This document shows positions 10,447 through 20,837 of a stretch of DNA of 64,000 nucleotides, in pieces. Under the pieces are notes generated by a model, which saw only the letters and a list, made by a program, of their open reading frames with translations, did no database searches and had not been told where the DNA came from. Every line of letters starts with the position of its first letter. The first letter of the stretch is position 1. The position numbers were made by a program, and so were the translations under genes. The DNA comes from Candidatus Thorarchaeota archaeon (GTDB taxonomy: Archaea; Asgardarchaeota; Thorarchaeia; Thorarchaeales; Thorarchaeaceae), in the NCBI GenBank assembly GCA_020348985.1, contig CP070761.1, positions 1,273,747 to 1,337,746 of the forward strand. The letters are read 5' to 3'.

Positions 10447-10920
10447 ATGGGAAAGAGAGTACTTGCAGCCGGCAAATTTGATATTCTCCACTTGGGACAC
10501 ATCGCTTACCTGCAACAGGCAAAGGAACTTTCAGGCCCTCACGGCGAGCTAGTTGTTATCATCGCTCTAGACAAGACGATTGAGAGAGAAAGGGGGGCGC
10601 CCCCAGTCTTTCCCGAAGAACAGAGAAGGAAGATAGTAGAGTCACTCAAGTTCGTCGACAAGGCAATCCTAGGATATGACACCAACGATCATAGGGAGAT
10701 AGTGCTGGACATCAGGCCAGACATCATTGCTCTTGGATACGACCAGGTCACAGACACCAGAGCTCTTGAGAAGAGTTTCGCAGAGCGAGGACTTACTACA
10801 AGAATCGTCAGATTGGAGAAGGGTGATGCAGGGGGCCTTTGTTCATCAACACTGATCAGAAGTAGAATAATCAGTTACTATTCAGAGAATGGCAGAGCAC
10901 GTGACACTTCAGATCACTAG
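10447..10920 (+). CDS. ribL: FAD synthase / cytidylyltransferase family
   Basis: GKFDILHLGH (HxGH), RPDIIALGYDQ, SST.IR. Confidence 0.8.
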   Translation: MGKRVLAAGKFDILHLGHIAYLQQAKELSGPHGELVVIIALDKTIERERGAPPVFPEEQRRKIVESLKFVDKAILGYDTNDHREIVLDIRPDIIALGYDQVTDTRALEKSFAERGLTTRIVRLEKGDAGGLCSSTLIRSRIISYYSENGRARDTSDH

Positions 10921-12255
10921 TTCTCCTCTTGATTCGGCCTTTCTACGGATCTTTGCGCGACGCTCCCTCCGTTCAAACTCGCGCTTCCAGATCTGATGGG
11001 CTATTCCTGTTAGGAAAGTCAGGAACGCAAGTCCCATCAGTGTCCACCAACCGAACGGGAAGTGAGTCAGAAAATCAGGTAGTGGACCATTGATGAAATA
11101 CGGCCAATTGCAAGCTACTCCAAAGGCATATAGAAACCCGACAACTGTTATCTGTTTCAGGTATCCTATTGCCTGCTCATCATCCTTGTAGAATATGACC
11201 ATGGGCCCAAGCCAGAAGAGGTACCAGGGCATCACCCATGAGAAGACAAACAGGATTCCTGGTAGCATGTATACATAGAAAGGCACTAGAACCTTCAGCT
11301 TCCGAAGCCCTCTTGCTTCTCTCAATTCGCTGGTTTTGGGGAAGTAGAGTGGAATCGTATATGCCATGAATGCTAGATAGATGACCAATGGAATCAATGC
11401 AGGAGGCCACATGTATGACACAGTAATGCCTGTTGGATCTGGGGTCTCTAGAAAGAGGCCGGGATATAGCGGATTCACTATTGTCCTTCCCGAGTATTCG
11501 GCAGAGTTGAGGAAGTGTCTCAACAGCGAACCAAAGTCGGCGCCCAAGAATGTAAACGGAATGACAGTGAGTAGTGTTGAGGCAAGAAACCAGAGAATCG
11601 ATATGGGTGCCTCAATGAAGAGAAGCGGAAGAGCCACCACAGAGTATACCTTAGTCTGAATGGAGAGACCCAGAGCTACCATTGCTTTGCCCATCTGACC
11701 CTCATTCATCAAGACAAGGGCCATCAAAAACAGACAGTCAACAATAGGTTCAAGCTTTCCTCCACCTGCAGACATAATGAGGCCGTAGATGAAGTATCCC
11801 GCGAAGAATAGTCTTGCCCAGCGGACATTGTAGATCTTCTCACGGAGAAGCACGGCAATTAGGACCAGGTTTAGATTGAAGACCAGCACCAGTATCAGGT
11901 TTAACCATAGATGTTGCAGCCCGTGCGCCCCCGGGAACAAGGCCGTGGCGATTGCAAAGAAGAATAGGCCGAATACTGGGTACTCGTACGTAATATTCCC
12001 CAGATACTCGGGAAGGGTGTGATCTGATTCATTACTAGCCCATTCGCCCCCCATCGCTGTCGCAAGCTCGTGGTCTGTCATGTTATAGACGTTGAATCCG
12101 TAGATCCAGAACGCTTCACCATACATCTCGTTTCTATTGCGATCCCTTTGGACGACAAAGAATTCAGCAACTGGGATAGCGATCAAGGAGATGACAAGGC
12201 TCAGGATCAAGTACTTCCTGAACTCGTATATCTTGAACGAGATGCCGCTGAGCAT
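10909..12255 (-). CDS. Polytopic membrane protein, GT-C-like (GT87/DUF2029-like) glycosyltransferase
   Basis: Many TM helices, lumenal YEYP motif, GLSIQTK, PWYLFW. Confidence 0.55.
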   Translation of the reverse strand: MLSGISFKIYEFRKYLILSLVISLIAIPVAEFFVVQRDRNRNEMYGEAFWIYGFNVYNMTDHELATAMGGEWASNESDHTLPEYLGNITYEYPVFGLFFFAIATALFPGAHGLQHLWLNLILVLVFNLNLVLIAVLLREKIYNVRWARLFFAGYFIYGLIMSAGGGKLEPIVDCLFLMALVLMNEGQMGKAMVALGLSIQTKVYSVVALPLLFIEAPISILWFLASTLLTVIPFTFLGADFGSLLRHFLNSAEYSGRTIVNPLYPGLFLETPDPTGITVSYMWPPALIPLVIYLAFMAYTIPLYFPKTSELREARGLRKLKVLVPFYVYMLPGILFVFSWVMPWYLFWLGPMVIFYKDDEQAIGYLKQITVVGFLYAFGVACNWPYFINGPLPDFLTHFPFGWWTLMGLAFLTFLTGIAHQIWKREFERRERRAKIRRKAESRGELVI

Positions 12256-12354
12256 TCTTCCTTGCCATCCATCAATGCCAATTGAGGTGATTCGTAGTCT
12301 TCGAGTTCACTGCAGTAATTAACCTTCTGCCACCATTTGGGCCGCCGTTGCTGG

Positions 12355-14325
12355 TCATCTGAGATATGTCGGGCAGGGCCAATTGTCACACTCAAGACAG
12401 TTAGTGCATCTTTCTGGATCTACAGAGATTGCCCCCTTCTCCAGAGTGAGTGCGCCATTCTCACATTGAGGCACACATGATCCGCATGCTTGACAGAACA
12501 GTGCTCGCTTTAGTGCTCGCTCAATCTGACTAGCAGTTGTACTAATAGTATCATCCTTCTCGCCACGGACAGTTAGGGAGCCAGAGCTGAAAAGAGAAAT
12601 GGAATTACCATTCGTTGTAACACGAAGTGCGCCCATCTCTTCCGACACCTTCATATCGCCAAAAATCGGCATGAGCATTGCCGCTCTGTCTATGTTAATC
12701 CCCGAGTCGAACTGACCTTCAAGACTAAAGCCTGAAGAAACGCATGGGGATACACCCTTCACAACTGTCAGTTTCAGATCTTCTTCTGGAGCTCTTCGAA
12801 TGACCCCGATATCAAGACCAAGTCGGTTGATTACGTCCATCTGCCCTTTTGGTAGCCTCTTCCACCTCCAGAAACCTAGTCCAATCCACTCTTCAGGATA
12901 ACCGTAACGCCTCCTCCATTCTTGGAGTGTATCATACCATTTGTCGTAGAGCTTGGGATGCGTGATCCTAAGGCTGTTTAGCTCAGCAAGCGGAGATGAG
13001 GGGCACAGGTAGCAGCCTATTCGATGATATCCCTGATTGTAGAGTGGGTTGAATTCCGCACCTTCGCGAAAGGTATAGAGCCAGACTTCCAATGCGTTCC
13101 AGTTCTGGATTGGATTCGCAGAGACCTGTCCTGGAACCCACGGATTATGCGATACTCGGGGCTCAATCGAACGTTGGAAAGACTCCAGCTTCCTTTGCCC
13201 CATGAAGCTGAGTACTTTGCCTCCCAACTCTTCTGCAATAGATGTTGCTGCTGGGCCCAATTTCAGTACCTTGCAACACCAACGGAAGTCTCTGGCCGGT
13301 GGACCAAAAGTGTCGATGGAGTCCCAGAATGCATCACCGGCTTTCTCTCCGAGCACTTTGACATTGCGTTCCTCCGCAAATCTCCTAACATATACGATTG
13401 TCTCGGGGAGTTCGATTCCTGTATCTATGAAAAAGATACTGGGACTGAATCCCAATGATTTCTCAACAAGCAGATAGGTCACGAGCGAGTCTTTTCCGCC
13501 GCTGAAGCCTACAACCACTGAGGAATCTTCGTGATTCACAGTCCTTCTAATGAAAGCCATTGCCTCATCCTCGATCCTGTCTAGGTCTTCAGAATTGGCG
13601 TCGACCACAGTATCCCATGTGCTTTCCTTGGCGGTTGTCTTGGATGAGGCGGGATCTGAAACCTCTCTAATCTTGACTGCGAACCCCTTTTCGCTTGCCT
13701 CCATCTGCTTGCCGCTCATTCTGGCTTTTCCGACGGCTATGACGCTTCCTTCAGAATTCTTAACCCAAACTTCATCGTCCACTTCGACATTCGAATCGAA
13801 GTCTGCGACTCCAGGTAGCATCAAGTTTGCTCCATCCTTCAAGTACTTGAGTACTTCATCATGGCATAGAATCCATTTTCTGCTGCTGACCTCACCTATT
13901 CTTCTGCCGCCTTCTAGTGTAGGAACGAATGTGTAATGAGATTCTGGTATTTCGAATCTTAGTCGACCAAGAATGTGACCATCAACTATGATCTCATACA
14001 TCGCATCAATTGCTGAGACCTTGTTCAAGACTATCGGCTTCGTGGACGGAAGTAAATGGATGCCCACTCCTTGACCAAATTGCCTGTCCAAAGTGTTGAT
14101 TGCATGACTCAAGTGTCCATCCATAGCCGGGAACGGATCTCCCGGAGGAGATATCTCCACTTTTCTTGACTTGGTATCACATACAGAGCATTCGTTCTCG
14201 GAGATCCTCGGTAGATTGCATGTATCACACCAGTGGAGTCGAATCCTTCCAAGATACGGGGCATGGCCTCTTCTGAAACGTCTACGTCCTCGTTGTTTCT
14301 TTGCCAGCTGAACCAATCCTCGCAA
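12355..14325 (-). CDS. PAPS-reductase-family protein with PUA and C-terminal ferredoxin domains
   Basis: FSGGKDS, RWCCKVLK, RIGCYLCP, PUA GANLMLPGV, CQACGSCVPQC/CTNCLEC. Confidence 0.85.
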   Translation of the reverse strand: MRGLVQLAKKQRGRRRFRRGHAPYLGRIRLHWCDTCNLPRISENECSVCDTKSRKVEISPPGDPFPAMDGHLSHAINTLDRQFGQGVGIHLLPSTKPIVLNKVSAIDAMYEIIVDGHILGRLRFEIPESHYTFVPTLEGGRRIGEVSSRKWILCHDEVLKYLKDGANLMLPGVADFDSNVEVDDEVWVKNSEGSVIAVGKARMSGKQMEASEKGFAVKIREVSDPASSKTTAKESTWDTVVDANSEDLDRIEDEAMAFIRRTVNHEDSSVVVGFSGGKDSLVTYLLVEKSLGFSPSIFFIDTGIELPETIVYVRRFAEERNVKVLGEKAGDAFWDSIDTFGPPARDFRWCCKVLKLGPAATSIAEELGGKVLSFMGQRKLESFQRSIEPRVSHNPWVPGQVSANPIQNWNALEVWLYTFREGAEFNPLYNQGYHRIGCYLCPSSPLAELNSLRITHPKLYDKWYDTLQEWRRRYGYPEEWIGLGFWRWKRLPKGQMDVINRLGLDIGVIRRAPEEDLKLTVVKGVSPCVSSGFSLEGQFDSGINIDRAAMLMPIFGDMKVSEEMGALRVTTNGNSISLFSSGSLTVRGEKDDTISTTASQIERALKRALFCQACGSCVPQCENGALTLEKGAISVDPERCTNCLECDNWPCPTYLR

Positions 14326-14344
14326 AGCCCTGTGTCATCATTTC

Positions 14345-16147
14345 CTAGGCTAGTCCAAGTCGCTCTAGCCGTTCCTTTGTTGGGCGCCCTTCGGCATCCC
14401 AGCCACGCAGTCTGTAGTATTCCGGCAGCATTTCGTCAATCAACACAACACGATTTCTAGTTCCGCCCTCGGGAAGCGGGGTATTGAATCTGGGAGGCAG
14501 CTTGTCTTCACTACCATCAATACCTTCACGCAAGTTGAACATCCGCTCTAGATTCCAGATGCGTTCTCCTATTGCGAGCAGACTATGTCCATCAATTGGG
14601 ATTCCTGTACAAGCAGAAACAAACTCTGCATAGTCATCGACTGTGAAGGCGAAGTTTGTGAACCTGCATAGGACGAAAGCGTCCATTGCAGCTGAGAGAT
14701 TTTGATAGAGAATCACCAAGTCTGCTTTGCCTTCAGGTCTGTCTCTGTCAACCCGAACTGGAACCCCCAGTATCTCAGGACCGATTAGGTACGATCGCAG
14801 GTGACATCCTCCACGATTTGATGTGGCATATCCGAGTGCATGTCCCTGGGCGCCACGTGGATCATAAGCGGGAATCTCGAGACCCTTTACCTGCATAGCC
14901 AAATCTGGTGCACCATGTTTTTCTGCCAGTGTGCGAGAGCCTTCGCCAAGTTCAGCGCCCAATCCTCTCGCGTGGCCCATGTCATCAATCAACTCCAGTA
15001 GTCCTTCGGTATTTCCAAACTCGAGGGACGCATCCATCTTCCCGCGTTGAACTAGTTCCATTGCACAACCAATCGTACTGCCAACAGAGATTGTGTCCAT
15101 CCCAAGGAGATTGCAATGGTGATTTGCCATCGCTATCCATTCAAGGTCATTAATGCCACATTGTGGACCGAGGGCCCATATGGTTTCATATTCAGGTCCA
15201 CCAACCTCCTCTCCGTAGGTTTTGCTAATGCGTCCGCAACCTATCGGACATCCAAAGCAGCGATAAGTACGCACAGAAAGTCGTTCCAAGAGCTTCTCTC
15301 CCGAGACTCCTTCGGCATCGTTGAAGGTCCCTTCTTGGAAATTGTGAGTGGGCAACATTCCGTATTCGTTGGCAAGATTGACCAGTACTGGTGTGCCATA
15401 TACTGGTAGGGATTTGTCTGTAACGGGGTTTTTCTTTATTAGCCTGCGTGCCCTCTTCACTGCGAGGTCAAGCTGCTCCTCATCCTTGACAGCAACCTTG
15501 CCCGTTCCCTTTACAACTAGGGCTTTGAGGTTCTTTGAGCCCATGACAGCACCAACACCGCCTCGACCATAGGCGCGGTGTTTGTCTGTCATAATGGATG
15601 CAAGTTTAACCAAGTTTTCTCCAGCCGGTCCTATGCATGCAACATGTGCCTTTGCATCAGTTTCCTCAATCAGCTTATCAGTGGAGACTTCAACATTCTC
15701 CCCCCAAACCTTGCCCGCTTCACGAATTTCCACTTCATCGTCATCTATCCATAGATAGACGGGTTCTTCGGATCTTCCCTCGAAAACAATTGCCGCGTAT
15801 CCAGCCCGTCGGATGTATGCACCAATATGGCCGCCCACATTAGAATCAAAGACAGTGCCAGTCAGAGGTGACTTTGTTACAACCACTGAGCGCCCTGCTG
15901 TAGGAACGGAAGTTGCTGTGACTGGACCGACCGCAAAAATCAACAAGTTATCAGGTGAGAGAGGATCCACTCCGGGCGGTAGATTATCGTAGAGTGTCTT
16001 GACACCAATTCCTCGACCTCCCAGATACTTTGCTATCATATCCTTATCGAGAGGCTCCCTCTTGATTGTGCCATTGGTAAGTGATACGTGAAGGACAATT
16101 GCTTCATCATAAGGCTGGGGTGTTTTTGATTCCGACATGACTGACAC
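14345..16147 (-). CDS. aor: Aldehyde:ferredoxin oxidoreductase (W/Mo-pterin)
   Basis: YLGGRG, KSPLTG, GRGGVGAVMGSKNLKA, CFGCPIGC, EYET, DTIS, RGGCH. Confidence 0.93.
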   Translation of the reverse strand: MSVMSESKTPQPYDEAIVLHVSLTNGTIKREPLDKDMIAKYLGGRGIGVKTLYDNLPPGVDPLSPDNLLIFAVGPVTATSVPTAGRSVVVTKSPLTGTVFDSNVGGHIGAYIRRAGYAAIVFEGRSEEPVYLWIDDDEVEIREAGKVWGENVEVSTDKLIEETDAKAHVACIGPAGENLVKLASIMTDKHRAYGRGGVGAVMGSKNLKALVVKGTGKVAVKDEEQLDLAVKRARRLIKKNPVTDKSLPVYGTPVLVNLANEYGMLPTHNFQEGTFNDAEGVSGEKLLERLSVRTYRCFGCPIGCGRISKTYGEEVGGPEYETIWALGPQCGINDLEWIAMANHHCNLLGMDTISVGSTIGCAMELVQRGKMDASLEFGNTEGLLELIDDMGHARGLGAELGEGSRTLAEKHGAPDLAMQVKGLEIPAYDPRGAQGHALGYATSNRGGCHLRSYLIGPEILGVPVRVDRDRPEGKADLVILYQNLSAAMDAFVLCRFTNFAFTVDDYAEFVSACTGIPIDGHSLLAIGERIWNLERMFNLREGIDGSEDKLPPRFNTPLPEGGTRNRVVLIDEMLPEYYRLRGWDAEGRPTKERLERLGLA

Positions 16148-16149
16148 TC

Positions 16150-16980
16150 CTAGTCATTGAATATGTTTTCGTCTCGATCAGGGCACACAAGACATCGTTG
16201 CTTGTACCAAAGATAGACATCCTTTGGCTGTTTGTCTAGGCTGGCCGCTCTACTCGGGCATATCCAGCATGGGCGATCTGGTTGCATCCATGAATCACTG
16301 TATTGAGCCCATCTGAAGTCCTCAATGATCGCAACACCGGCGCTGGTCCCTATTCGGTCCGCGCCCGCATCTATCACTCTGAGCGCGTCTTTGAAAGTAC
16401 GAATTCCTCCTGCCGCCTTCACACCCATGTCCTTCCCAACGGTCTCACGCATGAGTCTGACATCATGTGGATTGGCCCCCATGGGCCCAAATCCTGTTGA
16501 GGTCTTAACAAAGTGGGCTCCAGCCTCTTTCGAGAGAATACATCCCTGGACTTTCTGTTCGTCTATCAGTAGGCCTGTTTCGAGAATCACCTTGACGTGA
16601 GCATCGCCTGAGGCTACTACTACAGCTTCAATGTCTGAACGGACCAAATCGTCGTTTCCATCACGGAGTGCGCCTACATTCACAACCATGTCAATCTCGC
16701 GGGCGCCTCTTCGAACAGCTTCCTTAGCCTCAAGTGCCTTTACCTCTGTGATCGATGCTCCTAGTGGGAAGCCTACAACACAACAAACCAATACATCAGA
16801 ATCCTGCAATAGCTTCGCAGCCTGTTCTACATATACACTATTGATGCATACCGTAGCAAATTCGTAGGAGAGAGCTTCCTCACAGAGCTCATCGATTTTG
16901 CCTGGTTTGGTGTCAGCCTTCAACCGTGTGTGATCAATCATTTTGGCCAGTTTCTCTGCTGTAAGATCCATGGCGTACAC
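16150..16980 (-). CDS. deoC: Deoxyribose-phosphate aldolase with C-terminal CxxC...CxxC extension
   Basis: IDHT.L, VGFPLG, EIDMV, KVILET, FVKTSTGF, VKAAGGIR, RIGTS. Confidence 0.93.
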   Translation of the reverse strand: MYAMDLTAEKLAKMIDHTRLKADTKPGKIDELCEEALSYEFATVCINSVYVEQAAKLLQDSDVLVCCVVGFPLGASITEVKALEAKEAVRRGAREIDMVVNVGALRDGNDDLVRSDIEAVVVASGDAHVKVILETGLLIDEQKVQGCILSKEAGAHFVKTSTGFGPMGANPHDVRLMRETVGKDMGVKAAGGIRTFKDALRVIDAGADRIGTSAGVAIIEDFRWAQYSDSWMQPDRPCWICPSRAASLDKQPKDVYLWYKQRCLVCPDRDENIFND

Positions 16981-17043
16981 TCCGAAGGAGTGTTGCCTCT
17001 CTCTACTCTATTAACCTCTTCGCATTGGTCAATAAGGGAGAGA

Positions 17044-17379
17044 TTACCTGCCCCCAAGATAGGCCCGGATGTCGTCCAAGACCTCCTTCTGGAGCCGGAC
17101 TACATCATGAATCTCAATCTCTTCGCTCTCTCTGACCTCCGAGTTGAGCTGAACAACGGACCCAACACCTGCAATCTTCTCGAAGTCTATTGGAAACTCT
17201 ACTTCGGCACCCTTGACTATAAGCTCCGAGCGAGTGGGGTTCAGTGAGATTCTGATGCTTCTCACTATTCCGATTCTTCTAGCCCTGCTGTCAAGGACTT
17301 CCTTTCCGAGCAACCTTCCAGGCATGCTCAGTTCATAAAGCTCAGCCTCGACGCTGGCCATTGGCTCTATAGTAGTCAT
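17044..17379 (-). CDS. PRC-barrel domain protein
   Basis: LLGKEVLDSRARRIGIV.....I..VGSVV PRC pattern plus C-terminal helix. Confidence 0.7.
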   Translation of the reverse strand: MTTIEPMASVEAELYELSMPGRLLGKEVLDSRARRIGIVRSIRISLNPTRSELIVKGAEVEFPIDFEKIAGVGSVVQLNSEVRESEEIEIHDVVRLQKEVLDDIRAYLGGR

Positions 17380-17485
17380 GAAATCTCGGCTCCTTGTCCT
17401 GTCATCATGTTGTAGGGGAGCATTATTATCAGTGAGTATTATGAAGGTGTGTAGAGAGCTGCTATACAACCAAGAGGAAAGCGTA

Positions 17486-19762
17486 GTGACTGGTCGCTTC
17501 ATTGAGATGGCCTTCATCCGAAAGGACAGTATTGAACACAGACTCTACCAAGTAAATCTGGGAGAAATCGCAGCCAAGAAGAGTACCATGGTAATCTTGA
17601 GTACTGGTCTTGGAAAGACCGTGATTGCAGCTATTGTTGCGGCACGTACACTGACTGATTACTCTGAGTCGAAAATACTGTTTCTGGCACCATCTAGGCC
17701 ACTTGTTGATCAGCAAGCTCGCTTCCTAAGAAGAGTGTTGGATATCGGAGAGGATAAGGTAGCTTGTCTAACTGGTCAGGACTCTCCCGAATCTAGGAGA
17801 GAAATCTGGGATGGGTCGCAAGTCGTTGTAATGACTCCTCAGGCTCTTCAGAATGATCTTGTGCAGAGAAGTTACGGTCTTGAAGATGTGTCGCTGATTG
17901 TGTACGATGAGGCCCACCGTGGTGTTGGTAACTACGCTTACACATTCATTGCCGAACTCTATCGGAAACAGGGGAAGAACAGACTGTCATTGGGCTTGAC
18001 AGCATCTCCAGGTCACAAAGCGGAGCAGATCAAGACTGTTTGCGAGAACCTCGGCCTAATTCATGTAGAGACAAGAAATGAGCAGAGTCCAGATGTCCGC
18101 GATTATATCGTGTCAATCGAAACCAGTCTGCGATTCATCAATCTTCCACCTGAAGTTGAGGTCTTGAGAGACATTCTGTACTCGTTATTGGATGACTATA
18201 CGTCACCTGTGAAGAAACATGGATTCCGCTTGCCGTCAGGACGTCGTTTGACTCGAAAAGAGATATTGAAGACACAAGGAGAGGTTCGGAAAGAGATAGG
18301 GTCCTATACACAGCCACCTCGCCATCTGTATCTAGTTATGCGAAATCTCACTGCTGCTCTTCGAATTGTACATCTTCTCGAGTTTGTCGGCACACAAGGC
18401 GTAGCGCCTACTTTGAGGTACATTCAGGGCATGTATGAGGAGATCCGAAACAAGAAGAGCTCTAAAGGCGTTAAGGATCTGATTTCGAGATCTGAATTCA
18501 GGCAATTCGAGAACTTGTTGGAAGCTTTGATTGCCAAGGGGATACGCCATCCCAAGGCCGATACTATACTTGAGATTGTCAGTGAGCAGCTTTCAGTGGA
18601 CCTCGATTCTAGGATACTCGTCTTTACACGCTTTCGTGATACTGCCATGGAAGTAGTTGATGTGTTAGAGAGTCTGGAGGAGGTTAGAGCAAGTCGCTTT
18701 GTTGGCCAAAGCACTAGAGGTTCAGACAAAGGATTCTCGCAGAAGAAACAGGTGGAAATACTGGAAGGATTCAGGAACAACGAGTTCAATGTCCTAGTGG
18801 CGACACAAGTCGGTGAGGAGGGTCTCGACATCCCTGAATGTAATCTGGTTGTGTTCTACGATTGTGTGCCCTCAATAGTTCCCTACATTCAACGTAGAGG
18901 TAGAACTGGCCGTAGGTTTCCCGGTCGAGTTGTTATGTTCATTGCTAGAGATACACATGACGAATTCTATCATTGGAGTGTGATTAGTAAGTTGAAGAAA
19001 GTCCCTGACGCAGTTGACGAGGCAGAAGATGACTCGGACGTTGATCAGACAAGTCTGGAAGAGTTCGGGGAAAGTGATCAGGAGACTCCAGCATTGACCC
19101 CTCGGGCAGCGTCACGGGAGTCTCGTATCAAGATGATTGTTGACTCAAGAGAGTTGCCGACTGCCGTGCCACGGGAACTGACCAGACTCGACGTGGAGTT
19201 GTCTGGAGAAAGCCTCGAAATAGGCGATTACATAATCTCACAGGATGTTGCAGTGGAGAGAAAGGAATCAGGCGACTTCATACAGTCTCTTATTGATGGA
19301 CGACTGTTTGTCCAACTGAGCGCCTTGCGGTCTGCATATAACCGACCAGTGTTGATCATTGAGGGAGAGCAGCTAGTGGGCCTGCGGGCAATCAACCCAG
19401 CCTCAATCTACGGAGCCTTGGCAACAATAGCCATCAGGATTCAAGTCCCCATTCTATGGACCAGGAACTCGGAAGAGACCGCCAATGTTCTCTACAGATT
19501 AGCCCATCTGGAGCAGGTAGGAGCACAGAAGGCACCCCGTACGCGTTCTGGAGTGACAAAAGGATCGGATGCCGAAACACTAGAGTACATCCTCTCAGGT
19601 TTCCCGGGAGTTGATACAGTCACATCTCGAGCTATGCTATCCGAGTTTGATACACTCGAACGGGTATTCTCTGCTTCGGAAAAGGAGCTAAGGTCTGTAA
19701 AAGGTGTGGGACCGAAGATCGCTGGTAGAATTCGTCGTTTGCTAACGGCGTCTTATTCGTAG
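17486..19762 (+). CDS. hef: Hef (FANCM-like) helicase-XPF nuclease
   Basis: TGLGKT, DEAH, TAS, QRRGRTGR; nuclease IVDSRE, GDY, ERK; HhH GVGPK; PIP-like QTSLEEF in the linker. Confidence 0.95.
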   Translation: MTGRFIEMAFIRKDSIEHRLYQVNLGEIAAKKSTMVILSTGLGKTVIAAIVAARTLTDYSESKILFLAPSRPLVDQQARFLRRVLDIGEDKVACLTGQDSPESRREIWDGSQVVVMTPQALQNDLVQRSYGLEDVSLIVYDEAHRGVGNYAYTFIAELYRKQGKNRLSLGLTASPGHKAEQIKTVCENLGLIHVETRNEQSPDVRDYIVSIETSLRFINLPPEVEVLRDILYSLLDDYTSPVKKHGFRLPSGRRLTRKEILKTQGEVRKEIGSYTQPPRHLYLVMRNLTAALRIVHLLEFVGTQGVAPTLRYIQGMYEEIRNKKSSKGVKDLISRSEFRQFENLLEALIAKGIRHPKADTILEIVSEQLSVDLDSRILVFTRFRDTAMEVVDVLESLEEVRASRFVGQSTRGSDKGFSQKKQVEILEGFRNNEFNVLVATQVGEEGLDIPECNLVVFYDCVPSIVPYIQRRGRTGRRFPGRVVMFIARDTHDEFYHWSVISKLKKVPDAVDEAEDDSDVDQTSLEEFGESDQETPALTPRAASRESRIKMIVDSRELPTAVPRELTRLDVELSGESLEIGDYIISQDVAVERKESGDFIQSLIDGRLFVQLSALRSAYNRPVLIIEGEQLVGLRAINPASIYGALATIAIRIQVPILWTRNSEETANVLYRLAHLEQVGAQKAPRTRSGVTKGSDAETLEYILSGFPGVDTVTSRAMLSEFDTLERVFSASEKELRSVKGVGPKIAGRIRRLLTASYS

Positions 19763-19792
19763 AATTCGGTGTTAATCGCATTCGGTCAGAGC

Positions 19793-20488
19793 TCAGTAGA
19801 CCTCTGGATTGTCTCCCTTGCCATCGCGAAAGGCCTTTCGGAACTTGTAGAAGAGTTCACGGGATAGGTCACAGTACTGCTCGAAATCGACATCATCTAG
19901 GGAAATGACGCTCAGCAATCGCTGGAGTGTAAGATAGACATCAGGATCTATTTCGGGAGTGCCTCTTAGTGCACGTTTGGCACGAACTCGGCCCTTCCTC
20001 CAAAGTCTGTCTTGCTCTGCAAATTGCTTCGCAAGCTCTCGCATTGAAGAGTCATCTGGAATATCGAATCCAATCTCTCGCATAGTGCCAACTAGGTCCA
20101 GGGCCCTTTCAATTTCGAAGGGAACTCGGTCAGGAAGCTTTTCCAGACTGCCCGTTGCTATGAAGACGGTTTCCGCTGTTGCTCGCCACATCTTCGTCAT
20201 GATGTGAGAGTCCCCGTTACCAGCAGGAGTGTAGCCGTCCTGTCGTATTAGGCCGCTTCTCTCTAACTCTTTCAGATGGTACCTCACTGTCTGTGGTTTT
20301 ACTTCCTTGTCAGGATCATGTTTCTGCAGAAAGTCGCCGAGCTCCGATGTTGACATCGATCTCGCTCTCAGCGCATGAAGAATCTGCCTTCTACTCTCAT
20401 CATTGAGAGCGCGAATCGCGGCGGTTACCTCGTCTTCGTCGGTCAGAATCTGAATCGCGTCCATTGTGGGACCACCCAACTCAATCAT
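19793..20488 (-). CDS. ArsR-family HTH transcriptional regulator
   Basis: ALNDESRRQIL..L....MSTSEL, TVRYHLKELERSGLI. Confidence 0.8.
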   Translation of the reverse strand: MIELGGPTMDAIQILTDEDEVTAAIRALNDESRRQILHALRARSMSTSELGDFLQKHDPDKEVKPQTVRYHLKELERSGLIRQDGYTPAGNGDSHIMTKMWRATAETVFIATGSLEKLPDRVPFEIERALDLVGTMREIGFDIPDDSSMRELAKQFAEQDRLWRKGRVRAKRALRGTPEIDPDVYLTLQRLLSVISLDDVDFEQYCDLSRELFYKFRKAFRDGKGDNPEVY

Positions 20489-20604
20489 GTTGTTGTTCGC
20501 ATCCTAATATTTTGAGACATATCAATAGATGGCAAAGGGCATAGAATTCGAATCATTCCGTTTGTTCCCATTTTCACTCTGAAACTAGAAATGACCCTAG
20601 AGGT

Positions 20605-20826
20605 CTACGCCGGGATGTACACATGTTGTCGCATGTCCTGTAGACATGGAACTCTCTTCACAAGTTTCAGCTTGAGCAGCTTTCTCAAAGCGTATCGCAC
20701 CGTTCGAGGAGCAAAAGAAACCTTGTCTAGGAGTTGTTTTGGGGTTGTACCCTTGTTCCCGTTTGATCTCAAGAGATCTAGTACTATTGATTGGCTCTTT
20801 GTGAGCTTAACATCCATCGTTTCCAT
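20605..20826 (-). CDS. Small MarR-like winged-helix protein (paralog 1)
   Basis: TPKQLL..VSFAPRTVRYALRKL, DMRQ..Y; GGTGA RBS. Confidence 0.85.
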   Translation of the reverse strand: METMDVKLTKSQSIVLDLLRSNGNKGTTPKQLLDKVSFAPRTVRYALRKLLKLKLVKRVPCLQDMRQHVYIPA

Positions 20827-20837
20827 TTCATATCACC

